This document shows positions 46,004 to 55,651 of a stretch of 64,000 nucleotides of DNA, piece by piece. The DNA is from Bdellovibrio sp. (GTDB lineage Bacteria > Bdellovibrionota > Bdellovibrionia > Bdellovibrionales > Bdellovibrionaceae): assembly GCA_031428535.1 (NCBI GenBank), contig JANPPN010000029.1, forward strand, positions 21,754 through 85,753. Reading direction: 5' to 3'. The translations under genes were made by a program, and so were the position numbers. The notes beneath the pieces were generated by a model. It was not told where the DNA came from. It ran no database searches and worked only from the letters and a program-made list of their open reading frames with translations. Position 1 is the first letter of the stretch, and every line of letters begins with the position of its first letter.

Positions 46004-46431
46004 ATGAAGTCTGTCGTTATCTTTGCTTTCATTGCTGTTTTTGCAGTCTTAACCGGTTTAGCTGACGAGCCCAAAAAAGATAGCTAGCTAAGAGAAAAAA
46101 TCAAACAACGTTGGCCGAAGAAACAATAGGAAAAACCGGCACCTGAACTTGGCCCTCATACATATAAAATTGGCTCGTCTGAAGAATTTGTGGGTGAAAG
46201 CTTAAAAAAATAAAATTTTTGAAATAATTTGGATATTTCCTGAAGTCGTTCTTCGTTAATGGCTATAGCAAACTAAAATCAGGCATATTCGCCACTTGGA
46301 CTACGGGCACTTGCTGCGGCGATGTCTAACGGTGGCCTGGCGGGAAAAAAGTCCGTCGTGGAAAAGAAAGCCCTTCAATGGCTATCTCGGCCAACGACGT
46401 CATTTGGGATTTCCTTAAAACTACAAACTAA
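46004..46431 (+). pseudogene. Collapsed pseudogene of secreted PHB depolymerase / LpqC-like esterase
   Basis: Fragments: signal peptide MKSVVIFAFIAVFAVLTGLA with in-frame TAG stops; NGYSKLKSGIFATWTTGTCCG; MSNGG; WPGGKK...AISANDVIWDFLK. Confidence 0.7.
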
Positions 46432-46951
46432 ATGGCATACTCAAGGCTAAATTGGTGTGAGTTCCCGTTTCTGATACCGAAGTCGTAACACCGGCCGCCG
46501 AAAGATCTTTGTAAGAGAGCGATACCGTCTCAAGGCCGATTGCCACAAATGGCAGCCCGGTAAATTGAACGCCAATTTTTGTGCCGGTACCGGTGTATTC
46601 AGCTCCCGTAAACGATTCTTTTGCATTTACGAGGTACGCAAAATAACCTCTGACCAAAATCGGGAAATCATAGCTGGCGAAGATACCGATGTTTTTCGGG
46701 GTTGAATCAGAAGTGACTCCCGCATTAGAGTAGGTGTGTTTACCGCTTAGGGTTGTGTCGACTCCCACTGCAAAACCCAGAACACTGTAACCGACGCGCA
46801 CACCCAGCTCATTTCCGGCCATTGAAGAACCGGGTGAAAAGCTGGCACTGCCCGACATCTTATAGCTGAAATAAGGATCAAGTAAAAGTCCTGCATTTGA
46901 GCTCAAACCTGTTAGTAATGTAATTCCAAAGACGGCAAATAATTTTTTCAT
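46421..46951 (-). CDS. Small outer-membrane beta-barrel protein
   Basis: Signal peptide; LLLDPY, GVRVGY, amphipathic strands, C-terminal SMPFSL. Confidence 0.7.
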   Translation of the reverse strand: MKKLFAVFGITLLTGLSSNAGLLLDPYFSYKMSGSASFSPGSSMAGNELGVRVGYSVLGFAVGVDTTLSGKHTYSNAGVTSDSTPKNIGIFASYDFPILVRGYFAYLVNAKESFTGAEYTGTGTKIGVQFTGLPFVAIGLETVSLSYKDLSAAGVTTSVSETGTHTNLALSMPFSL

Positions 46952-47316
46952 AAAACTCCTTTTTGGGTTTTGTTCAGTTTTATTGCGACGTCAACTCATT
47001 GATCAATTCGTCGCATTCTTTCCAAGTGTACACTTTCGAACCGTCATTACAATGCGCAAAGAAATAAAACTTGTTGCCGAACGGAGACCCGTACTTTCGT
47101 TTAAAGGTGCGATATTCCTCGTTCTTGTCGAACTCAAAGATAAATTCTTTGGCCGGCATCTTGTCATTATTTTTCAGTCTTTTTAATTAAACCACTTGTG
47201 TTGTGTTCTCACTCTGGAACGTCCAAGGCTTTTACAACGTGTAAGAACAATTATGACAGTGACTCGTTATAAGCCCGAAGCTCGGCGTATTTATCAATCA
47301 TTTCAAGGTGGACTTG

Positions 47317-47332
47317 CGGCACTTTTATTGCT
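47317..47332 (+). promoter_or_regulatory. sigma54-type promoter upstream of subtilase
   Basis: CGGCACTTTTATTGCT, near consensus. Confidence 0.75.
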
Positions 47333-47374
47333 TTAAGATGAATAACTTAATAATTCACTTTAACAGGAGAGTTC

Positions 47375-48565
47375 ATGAATAAACTTCTTTGCTTGGGCAC
47401 CGTTTCGCTTCTGGTTTTCGGTTGCAACAATAGCTCTTATCAGGCCACCGAACTGGATAATGCCGAAGCTATCGATGCCATCGTAATGAAAGCCGCAGGT
47501 CTGGAAAGATATATCATTGAATCCGAATCAGAAGCTGATCTGGAAGCCGCTGTTGCAGGCGAAAGAGGTTCGGTCGTGCGCCGAATGGAATCAGTAAAGG
47601 CTGTTGTTGCCTACCTGCCCGCCCAAGCCGCTGAACGACTGCAGAACAGGTTCGGAGATTTAAAGTTTACGCCAGATATCGAACTGCTCGGGATACCCTC
47701 TGAGGTTTCGGCTTCGGGAAAGCCGGGCGGTACGGTAGCGCCACCAGCTCAAAGCATTCCATGGGGAATTTCCCGCATAGGAGCGCGTGAAGCAAACATT
47801 TTGAACAAGGGGGCCGGTGTAAAAGTTTGCGTAGTTGATTCCGGGATCGACAAAACTCATCCTGACCTTGCCGCCAACCTTATCGGTGGTCGTAATTTCG
47901 TCGTTATCAAAGGAAGAATTCTTGCCGACAACTGGAATGACGACAACGGCCACGGCAGTCATGTGGCCGGAACAATTGCGGCGATTGAAAATTCAATCGG
48001 CGTTGTTGGTGTAGCGCCTGAAGCAAAACTTTTTGCGGCAAAAGTTCTGGATTCACGCGGTTCAGGCTACCTTTCAGATGTTGCAGACGGAGTCTCCGAG
48101 TGCGTAAGAGCGGGAGCCAAAGTCATTAACATGAGCCTTGGTGCAAACGGAGATCCAAATGCGGCGTCACCATTAAAAACCGCGATATTAAACGCGCAAG
48201 CCGCCGGAGTGCTCGTTGTTGTTGCGGCCGGAAACGAAGGGCAGAATATCCAAAACACAATCCCTGCAGGCTATCCTTCAGTTATCGCGGTATCGGCACT
48301 TAACTCATCTGATCAATTTGCTTCATGGAGTAATTTCGGCCTTGATGATAACGACTTTGCAGCCCCAGGAGTAAATATTTACTCGACGTGGAAGGGTGGC
48401 CAGTATAACACGATCAGCGGCACTTCGATGGCCTCTCCGCATGTGGCCGGCGTGGCCGCACTCCATATTTCAGCGCAAAGCCCTCTGCTGAAAGCTATTG
48501 ATCTGGGATTCTCGCTTTCCGAACAAGGGCAAGGGATAATCGACGCTTTAGGAAGCGCGCAATAA
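47375..48565 (+). CDS. S8 subtilisin-like serine protease, lipoprotein
   Basis: Lipobox VFGC; triad VVDSG, HGSHVAG, GTSMASPHVAG. Confidence 0.95.
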   Translation: MNKLLCLGTVSLLVFGCNNSSYQATELDNAEAIDAIVMKAAGLERYIIESESEADLEAAVAGERGSVVRRMESVKAVVAYLPAQAAERLQNRFGDLKFTPDIELLGIPSEVSASGKPGGTVAPPAQSIPWGISRIGAREANILNKGAGVKVCVVDSGIDKTHPDLAANLIGGRNFVVIKGRILADNWNDDNGHGSHVAGTIAAIENSIGVVGVAPEAKLFAAKVLDSRGSGYLSDVADGVSECVRAGAKVINMSLGANGDPNAASPLKTAILNAQAAGVLVVVAAGNEGQNIQNTIPAGYPSVIAVSALNSSDQFASWSNFGLDDNDFAAPGVNIYSTWKGGQYNTISGTSMASPHVAGVAALHISAQSPLLKAIDLGFSLSEQGQGIIDALGSAQ

Positions 48566-48572
48566 CTGCAGC

Positions 48573-49061
48573 CTAGCGCGACATTTCTTTTATCAGTTGG
48601 TCGAGCGCAATACCCCAGCCCTGATGAAATCCCATATCTGAGTGTTTCATGCGATCGATTTCATCCTTATGTTTTACAATGGCGCGAAATTTTGCGCCAC
48701 CTTCATTGGGTTCTAACAATACAAATGCAGTAAACATGAGTCCCGAGCCTGATTCAGGCTTAGTTGTCGGACGAAACCCCGGCAATAAAGCGTCGGTAAA
48801 TACCAGTCTTTTATTTTCAACGATTTCGAGAAAGCATCCCATATTCGGCACTTTGTCCCCCTCTGGTGACTGCATGACTGTTCTGAATACGCCACCTGGC
48901 ACGAGGTCCATCTCGCATTCAGTCGTGCGCCATGGAACCGGACAGAACCACTTCATTAGTATTTCAGGTGTCGTCCAGGCTTTCCAGATCAGCTCAGGTT
49001 TCAGGTTTACGTTACGCTCGAGAACGAGATCAAATTTGGTATCAACAGTAATTGTATGCAT
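48573..49061 (-). CDS. SRPBCC / AHSA1-like protein
   Basis: DLVLER, IWKAWTTPE, KWFCP, MGFHQGWG. Confidence 0.9.
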   Translation of the reverse strand: MHTITVDTKFDLVLERNVNLKPELIWKAWTTPEILMKWFCPVPWRTTECEMDLVPGGVFRTVMQSPEGDKVPNMGCFLEIVENKRLVFTDALLPGFRPTTKPESGSGLMFTAFVLLEPNEGGAKFRAIVKHKDEIDRMKHSDMGFHQGWGIALDQLIKEMSR

Positions 49062-49195
49062 AATTCCTCGCTTATTTTTTGCTTCGGGAAAACTTTATCG
49101 ATTATGGAGGTTGAAAACAATTGGCGGTGCACTAATGCAGGTCAATTTTGACTCAAAAAGCTAAAAAAATTACAATGGGGCTTTTTAGAATTTTC

Positions 49196-49227
49196 AAAAA
49201 ACAAACCGGTCTTGAATTCAGACCGGT
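49196..49227 (-). terminator. Intrinsic terminator after OmpA-family gene
   Basis: ACCGGTCT-loop-AGACCGGT followed on minus strand by TTGTTTTT. Confidence 0.65.
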
Positions 49228-49270
49228 CATTAAAATCAAATCGAAAAACGCCCTGAAAATCCTTTAACAA

Positions 49271-50569
49271 TTACCGGCCAATCTGAAATTCAACCCGGCG
49301 ATTTTTTGCCCGGCCCTGATAGTTACCGTTGTCTGCACGCGGGCGGCTTTCGCCATAACCTTCAGTTTTCAGTTTTTCAGCCGGAATACCACGCTTAACA
49401 AGTGCTTTGTTAGCCGTATTCGCCCGCCGTTTACTCAAATCAAGATTATAAACATCCGGTCCGATTGAATCCGTGTGACCTTCAACGATTATTTCTTTAT
49501 AATTTTCCATTGTTTTCATTCGTTGCGCTACATCGTCAAGTACGGCTTCAGATTCCGGCTTGATTTCAGAGGAATCGAAATCAAATAAAATATCATCGCT
49601 AACAATAATCTGCTTCGGAGGTGTGCCAACAACTTCAATTGCGGCGTTCTTGCTGAAAACCGGGCCCATTGTATAATTCAGACCAACATAAGCCCGGAAC
49701 GCCGGGCTGGCTGTCGAATTCACAACTTCGCTGCCGATTCCCGCATGTAGTGCCATTTGACGATTTAAATCGTATTTTGCACCGAAGATAACTTCAGCCA
49801 CCGACTGACTTCGATTCGCATCGAAATCAACTTTTTTTGCAGGAATGCTGGTGATCAATTCACCGATCAACTTTACATCGTATTTTTCTAAAAGCTGACT
49901 TACACCGATCGACCCGATCCACGCATCACCGAATGGCTGAAACGGTACGCCGACGATCTGCGTTCCGGGATTTCGAAAACGATAACCAAGGTTAAACCCG
50001 AGTGCCGTTTTGTTGATGGTCGTATCGTATGCGAGTTCTAAGTTATAGTTCGGACCGGCTCCTTCGCCTGCAAACGGATTATTTTCAATCATATTGAAAC
50101 CGGCAGAACCGACGACAGCAAAACCTTCGCTGTTGTTGCCCCAAACACGGTATTTTGTATTAACGCGAACTTCATTAAGCCCGGTTCTTGCCACGACCGG
50201 AACATTATAACTAACGGAAGAATTTGAAGACAGCGAATGCGGTAAACTGATACCTGCATCCCAGTTCGGAAGTAAACCTACGCCCACGTTTAAGTCTGCG
50301 CTTAAAAGATCATCGCCCGGTTCATCACCGACCCTTAATCCTCCGAAGTCTTTACTGACCGAAAGTGTATTGTGAGTATAATTAAGAAATAAACCGAAAT
50401 TCAGCATTCCCGGCTCGAGAGTTTCAGAAGATTGAACGGTAACAAAATCAAGACCGCTGGTTGTCGGATTGAAATTCTGAATATCAGTACCTACCACATT
50501 GGCGTGTGCCAATGATGTCAGGGCCAAAGTCGCAGTCAGAGTAAAAAAATTTCTTTTGCAGTTTTTCAT
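49271..50569 (-). CDS. OmpA-family protein (N-terminal beta-barrel plus peptidoglycan-binding domain)
   Basis: Signal peptide; ILFDFDS, VEGHTDSIG, NLDLSKRRA, GYGESRP, NRRVEF. Confidence 0.9.
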   Translation of the reverse strand: MKNCKRNFFTLTATLALTSLAHANVVGTDIQNFNPTTSGLDFVTVQSSETLEPGMLNFGLFLNYTHNTLSVSKDFGGLRVGDEPGDDLLSADLNVGVGLLPNWDAGISLPHSLSSNSSVSYNVPVVARTGLNEVRVNTKYRVWGNNSEGFAVVGSAGFNMIENNPFAGEGAGPNYNLELAYDTTINKTALGFNLGYRFRNPGTQIVGVPFQPFGDAWIGSIGVSQLLEKYDVKLIGELITSIPAKKVDFDANRSQSVAEVIFGAKYDLNRQMALHAGIGSEVVNSTASPAFRAYVGLNYTMGPVFSKNAAIEVVGTPPKQIIVSDDILFDFDSSEIKPESEAVLDDVAQRMKTMENYKEIIVEGHTDSIGPDVYNLDLSKRRANTANKALVKRGIPAEKLKTEGYGESRPRADNGNYQGRAKNRRVEFQIGR

Positions 50570-50584
50570 GATGATATCCTCGCT

Positions 50585-51793
50585 CTACTTCGTGAAGACT
50601 TCAATTTTTGGAACAAACGCCGCCGTATTGTCTGTTTGTATTTTCGACATCGGAGTCGGCTTCGCTAATGTAGCTGTTGAATTGATATCAAGACAATAGC
50701 TTAACACAACCTTCGAATCGGCTTTGCCGGTGTTCGAAAGTAGGCGCAGCAAATTGTTACCGGCATCAAACGAAAATTTCGATTTAACGCTATCAACTTC
50801 GGCTGTAATTGTTGATGCATCAACATTCAGGTAGCTTAATTTGTAATCTGTCCGAAGCGTCATCTTAAGAGCTGCGGCCTTACCGATATCGGCTAAACCG
50901 GTCGGGATATCATTGGCTGCTATATCCACCATCTTACCATTAGCAAGTCCGACGATATCTGAATAACCGTAGGCGAATTCGTTTTCGCCGGCTTTTACAA
51001 CCGTGGCTTTGTTCGAATAAACAATTGCACTCAGTAACAGTGGGTTAGTGCCCTGAACGGCTAACAGACGGCTATAAACAGTACTGGCGTTCAACTTATC
51101 TTTACAGTAGTTATTAAACGCTGGAAGTTCTTTTCCTTCCGGATCGTAAACCCGGGTAACGCCTGCGGGATAAACTGCGCAAATGTCGTTTTCGTCCGAA
51201 ACAAATACAATAGCTAGGGCTGCATCGTTACGGAAGAATCCATGAGCCGCCCGAATTTCTGCCAAGCGCACCGCATCCATCGCTTTGTTCAGTGACAACA
51301 ATCCGGCCTCGCCACCGTCAGTATCGGCGTCAGTTTGAATACTCGTTAGTTTTTTCTCAAGATGAGTGCGGATATTACTGATCGACAACTCTTTTGAACG
51401 CAACACGGTGGGCTCGGTGGCTGCTTTGTATAACTGGCCAAAGCGTGAGCTCTTCGGTCCGTGCGCTAAAGTGACGGCAATCTGATAATCCGCCGTCGAC
51501 GACAATTGTGAAATGAAATTTCCGATTCCATTTGCGATCGCGCTACGCTCAGTATCCAAAGAACCTGAAGTATCCGTTACAAATAAGATATCCAGCTTCT
51601 TGGTAAGCTCCTGATTCGGCTGATAATAATGTTCTTTAATACAAGTGAGTTTCTCATTTGCAGGTAAGCCTAATCCGGCCACTCCCGTATCGACATTTGC
51701 AAAAGACATTCGGGTTCTTCCACATCCTTGTAAAATTGCAAATGCGGTCAAGAGCACCAGTGTGTTGAATGCATATTTTGCTGTGTAGTTCAT
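50585..51793 (-). CDS. vWA/MIDAS-domain lipoprotein
   Basis: Lipobox LQGC; LDILFVTDTSGS (DxSxS), FFRNDAALAIVFVSDEND. Confidence 0.8.
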   Translation of the reverse strand: MNYTAKYAFNTLVLLTAFAILQGCGRTRMSFANVDTGVAGLGLPANEKLTCIKEHYYQPNQELTKKLDILFVTDTSGSLDTERSAIANGIGNFISQLSSTADYQIAVTLAHGPKSSRFGQLYKAATEPTVLRSKELSISNIRTHLEKKLTSIQTDADTDGGEAGLLSLNKAMDAVRLAEIRAAHGFFRNDAALAIVFVSDENDICAVYPAGVTRVYDPEGKELPAFNNYCKDKLNASTVYSRLLAVQGTNPLLLSAIVYSNKATVVKAGENEFAYGYSDIVGLANGKMVDIAANDIPTGLADIGKAAALKMTLRTDYKLSYLNVDASTITAEVDSVKSKFSFDAGNNLLRLLSNTGKADSKVVLSYCLDINSTATLAKPTPMSKIQTDNTAAFVPKIEVFTK

Positions 51794-52063
51794 AAATCCT
51801 TCTTCCTGTAGCCCTATCAACAATTGAACAATGGTCAAAAATTGTCAGCTACACTAGGATAGTAGCGCAATCCGCTTGCCAGAATTCAAATCGAACCTCT
51901 TGCATTACGGAGCTGCAGCAGAGCCAATCTACGTCTCATATACAGGGGTATCACTATGAAAATCACAGCTATGTTACGTAAATTAAAGGCCAAAAATGAA
52001 AACCGTCGAACCTCTAGACGTTCGTTAGTGATAAAATAATTGAATTCTCGTTATGAGACAGTG

Positions 52064-52420
52064 TTAGCGGGATTTCTTAGGAAGTAAATGCCGGTACTTT
52101 GCGAATAGATTGTAACCTATTTTTGCCAGTGGGTAGATCAACGGAAGCTTAACGAATTTGGCCGCAACCCCATAGCCATCTAAGCGAGACCAGATATGCG
52201 AGAACGCATCTACTCCCACAAGAATACTGCCTTCGGGAGTCATAACGTGCATGTGATACTGAATTTTTTCCGGAGATAATCCGAATTTTGCTGCATCAAA
52301 ACCCGGGCTGGTGATATCGACAATGTTGAATATTTCCGGCGCAAGCCGCTTGTAGTGCGCCACTTCCGTATCACATACGATGCAATTTCCATCAAAAAAT
52401 ATTTTAGTTTTTTCAGCCAC
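52064..52420 (-). CDS. DCC1-like thiol-disulfide oxidoreductase (DUF393)
   Basis: FFDGNCIVC, GVDAF, YNLFAKYR. Confidence 0.85.
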   Translation of the reverse strand: MAEKTKIFFDGNCIVCDTEVAHYKRLAPEIFNIVDITSPGFDAAKFGLSPEKIQYHMHVMTPEGSILVGVDAFSHIWSRLDGYGVAAKFVKLPLIYPLAKIGYNLFAKYRHLLPKKSR

Positions 52421-52671
52421 CGCTGGCTGCCCGTTTTAATAATGAACCAACGATTTCTTTTTTCAACATACAACCCTCTACCGGCAAAATAATTCTTTAT
52501 TTGCAATTGCGCAAGTGGCTTCTGGAATATTTTTTCGCGGACATGGCAACAAGACCGGCAAAACTGCTGGCATTAAAGGGTGCTGCGTAAGGCCTCTTAT
52601 TAAGATAGTATTCAGAAAAGTGCTGCCAGGACTCTCGCCCCAGCAGCTCTCGCAAAATGCTCGATTCCGAT

Positions 52672-53205
52672 TTAGAGTCGCGCACCGAGGTCGTTCTTAC
52701 GGAAGGCATTGGTAAAACGTGGCGGCATCAGATTAACAAACAGGTCAACGGTTGTTCCCATGAAGCTTTCTTTTTTAATCTGTGGCTTAAGTTTTTCAAA
52801 AGCCACAGTCATCATTTTGGCTTCTTCGTCTTGCAAATGTTTCTGCGCGCCCGGAATGATACGATCTTCTTCATCTTGAATGTGTTCATCCAGCACCCGT
52901 TTCAGTTTCAGGGCGGTTTCTTTCCATTCAACATCAATTTTATCCCGCACCTGCAATGATCTTAGAAGCGTCTCGGCCTCCATGTGCGCTTTGTAACTTC
53001 CGGATACAAGGTCTCGAGCTCCTTCAAGACTTCGAAGGGCATTGTAAAACACCATTTCTTCGGCGCGTGAATGCGGTATCAGCTCATCCCGAATCATTTT
53101 TACAAGGTCATGTTTTTGCTGGTCATCGCTGGCAAGATTATTCAGCTGATTGAGCAGCTCTTTCAATTTTTTGTGGTCATTCTTCAAAGCTTCGTAAATT
53201 AACAT
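52672..53205 (-). CDS. Hemerythrin/HHE cation-binding domain protein
   Basis: LKNDHKKL, HSRAEEMVFY, HMEAE, EHIQDEE; RBS GGGAG before ATG 53205. Confidence 0.88.
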   Translation of the reverse strand: MLIYEALKNDHKKLKELLNQLNNLASDDQQKHDLVKMIRDELIPHSRAEEMVFYNALRSLEGARDLVSGSYKAHMEAETLLRSLQVRDKIDVEWKETALKLKRVLDEHIQDEEDRIIPGAQKHLQDEEAKMMTVAFEKLKPQIKKESFMGTTVDLFVNLMPPRFTNAFRKNDLGARL

Positions 53206-53250
53206 CGAGTTCTCCCTTTTTTTTATTAGCAGGTGCAAATAAAAAATCTT

Positions 53251-53266
53251 AGCAAAGTCCAGACCA
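53251..53266 (-). promoter_or_regulatory. sigma54-type promoter upstream of hemerythrin-like gene
   Basis: minus strand TGGTCTGGACTTTGCT. Confidence 0.65.
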
Positions 53267-53291
53267 AATTCAGTCGTGGAAGTTTTTCCCG

Positions 53292-53307
53292 TGGACTATC
53301 TTTTGCA
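53292..53307 (+). promoter_or_regulatory. sigma54-type promoter upstream of small membrane protein
   Basis: TGGACTATCTTTTGCA. Confidence 0.6.
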
Positions 53308-53361
53308 CTTTATTGGAAGAGGAGATTGCACAGTCAAACTACTCTTAGAAAAGGAGAATTT

Positions 53362-53664
53362 ATGGCAACAACACCCACAATGGGACGTCCAACAATAGGC
53401 GGGCGCCCGGGAGATACACCCGAAGAAGTTACGAAGCGAAGACTTTATTGGGGCATTGCACTCGCAGTACTTGTACTTGTCGCAATCGGTCTTGCTATGC
53501 GAAATCGAAACCGGGTTTCAACAATCGATACATATACACCTACCGAGACATCCCTCAGCGCGCCGCTTACAACTGAAGTTCCTGTTGCACCTGGCACTAC
53601 ACCTATAACCCCTCTACGGGGCAGTGGTACCACAACAACGCCGATTCCACCGTCTTCACCGTGA
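53362..53664 (+). CDS. Small single-pass membrane protein with Thr/Pro-rich tail
   Basis: RBS AAGGAG; TM YWGIALAVLVLVAIGLAM; T/P-rich C-terminus. Confidence 0.7.
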   Translation: MATTPTMGRPTIGGRPGDTPEEVTKRRLYWGIALAVLVLVAIGLAMRNRNRVSTIDTYTPTETSLSAPLTTEVPVAPGTTPITPLRGSGTTTTPIPPSSP

Positions 53665-53680
53665 TGCTATAACACGAACA

Positions 53681-53713
53681 CCCCGCCAATCGGGAATACT
53701 CCGATTGGCGGGG
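53681..53713. other. GC-rich 13-bp stem-loop without U tail
   Basis: CCCCGCCAATCGG-GAATACT-CCGATTGGCGGGG. Confidence 0.75.
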
Positions 53714-53730
53714 CTCAGGAGTAATTTTAT

Positions 53731-54258
53731 ATGACAACCTATTCATTTTTGAATTTTCTACATGTCGTTTCGTCAATCGGAATAGTCGTGGCCATTGCCT
53801 TCGAACGCCTCATGCTTCTAAAATTACTGAATTCGAAAACTCCGGTACAGTTTCAGACGTGGCGAGATTTACACACGCTTCCGTTTAAAATCGGGGCACC
53901 ATCGGTTGCGGTTTCTCTGCTGACAGGAATTTATCTGGCAGTGACAATGTGGCCGCAGACGCCATGGATCTGGCCTTCAATCCTAGCATTGCTGGTTTTC
54001 GCACTTGCCAGCGGCACGCTGACGAGTAAGTCGCACAAAACCCTGGTCAGCGCGTCTTCAGCGCGCGAAGTCGGCCCGGCCTGGGGGAAACTCTGGCTCT
54101 CGTTGCAACTGCGGATCGGATTACTGGTCGGAATAACTTTTCTGATGGTTGCAAAGCCGCCCGTCAATGAATCTATTGCGGCTCTTGTTCTATGGGTATT
54201 GATTTTCACGGTTCCGGTTGCGTACTTCAAAAAGAAATACAAAACCCAGATCTCGTAA
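53731..54258 (+). CDS. Integral membrane protein (DUF2269-like)
   Basis: FLHVVS, LLTGIYLA, FLMVAKP; about five TM segments. Confidence 0.65.
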   Translation: MTTYSFLNFLHVVSSIGIVVAIAFERLMLLKLLNSKTPVQFQTWRDLHTLPFKIGAPSVAVSLLTGIYLAVTMWPQTPWIWPSILALLVFALASGTLTSKSHKTLVSASSAREVGPAWGKLWLSLQLRIGLLVGITFLMVAKPPVNESIAALVLWVLIFTVPVAYFKKKYKTQIS

Positions 54259-54260
54259 GC

Positions 54261-54713
54261 TTATTTTGGCTGCTCGCGCAACATTTTCATAACTTCTGAA
54301 ATATGATTTTCCTCTTCGACAATCATTTCGCGGGCATATTCTTCAAGATAAACTGATTTTCCGGTAACGAGCTTCAGTAATTTAAACAAATTTCCAAGTT
54401 GAGCTTTTTCGTGTTCAAGGCTTTCTGTCATAATATCGCGGATCGAATGCTTATGAGTTTCAATCAAGCTACCGATCTTAAGGCTCGGGTGGCCTCCCAA
54501 AGTGGTAACGTGTTCGCCGGCAATATTGGCATGACCCAGCGATTCAGTTGCCTGGTCGCGCAGCCATTTTACGATTGGAATCCGATTGTAGCCATACACC
54601 ATCAAAGCATAGTGAGAATACCGAACTACACCGGCAAGTTCAGCTTCTAAGATTGAGTTCAAGACTTCGATTATTTTTAAGTTTTCTTTGTTTTCTTTTG
54701 CTGCCACGGTCAA
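54261..54713 (-). CDS. Ferritin-like / bacterioferritin-like protein
   Basis: LNSILEAELAG, ESLGHA, LGGHPS, LEHE, EEENH di-iron ligand pattern. Confidence 0.85.
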   Translation of the reverse strand: MTVAAKENKENLKIIEVLNSILEAELAGVVRYSHYALMVYGYNRIPIVKWLRDQATESLGHANIAGEHVTTLGGHPSLKIGSLIETHKHSIRDIMTESLEHEKAQLGNLFKLLKLVTGKSVYLEEYAREMIVEEENHISEVMKMLREQPK

Positions 54714-55020
54714 CCCTTATGTAAAAATGTTTCTAAAACCCAGCTTGTCTTATTTTTTTTGTTATTTCAAGCTGTTCGCATATTAAAATTTTGAGGCGGA
54801 AAAGGAATCTGAAAAAATCGGGCAGGTAATATCCAAAAGTAACAGTTCCAAGCCAAATAATGCCGCGCCGACTATCAGGCTGCGTTTTTTATCAGAAACA
54901 TCCCATGGCACCAACGAAGCAATGAAATTTACGGGCTTTATTTATATTGCAGGTTTGTTTTTGGTTGTGATGCCACTACTGAGCCAGCGGCATCACTTTA
55001 AAGTCGGTTAATCAGGTCGG

Positions 55021-55566
55021 TTAATCTACCAGTGCAGCTTCAATCGCGTTTGTAATTATAGGATCGTCCGGAGTTACATCCGGACCAAACCTTGCGACAA
55101 CTTCACCACGGCGATTAATCAGAAATTTTTCAAAATTCCAGAGAATGTCATTTTTTTGAGTGCGCGTGATTCCGTAAGTCTTCAGCTTTTCTTCAAAAGC
55201 ATTTCCATTTACAACTCTTGCTTCAGTAATTTCATTGGTCAGAAAGTTATACAATGGATGCTGACCTTCGCCCTTAACGACGATTTTTTCAAACATCGGA
55301 AATTTCACACCGAATTTAGAAACACAGAAATCCTCAATTTCAGCATTTGTGCCAGGCTCTTGACCTTCAAATTCATTTGCAGGAAATCCAAGAACCAAAA
55401 AACCTTTTTCGTAGAATTTTTCGTATGTTTTCTCGAGTGCTTCATACTGCGGCGTCAATCCGCACTGCGAGGCCACATTAACAACCAACAATGCTTTTCC
55501 TTTGTAATTGCCAAGATTTAAGTCAACGCCATTAATTTTTTTAACCGAAAAATCATACAGTTTCAT
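55021..55566 (-). CDS. Glutathione peroxidase family protein
   Basis: VNVASQCGLTPQY, GFPANEFEGQEPG, LWNFEKF. Confidence 0.93.
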   Translation of the reverse strand: MKLYDFSVKKINGVDLNLGNYKGKALLVVNVASQCGLTPQYEALEKTYEKFYEKGFLVLGFPANEFEGQEPGTNAEIEDFCVSKFGVKFPMFEKIVVKGEGQHPLYNFLTNEITEARVVNGNAFEEKLKTYGITRTQKNDILWNFEKFLINRRGEVVARFGPDVTPDDPIITNAIEAALVD

Positions 55567-55651
55567 TTTTACCCCGCATTTGTCTGATCAAAGAAACTAG
55601 CATTCTTTCAGATTCTTTTCATCTAAAAAAATTAGGGCGCCAGGCGGGGGT

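Noticed and set aside
54906-55010. TGGCACCAACGAAGCA motif followed by a 29-codon ORF (MKFTGFIY...) and a hairpin at 54967-54996
   Set aside because: The ATG lies upstream of the expected TSS, the -12 box is poor and there is no RBS; cannot support a gene
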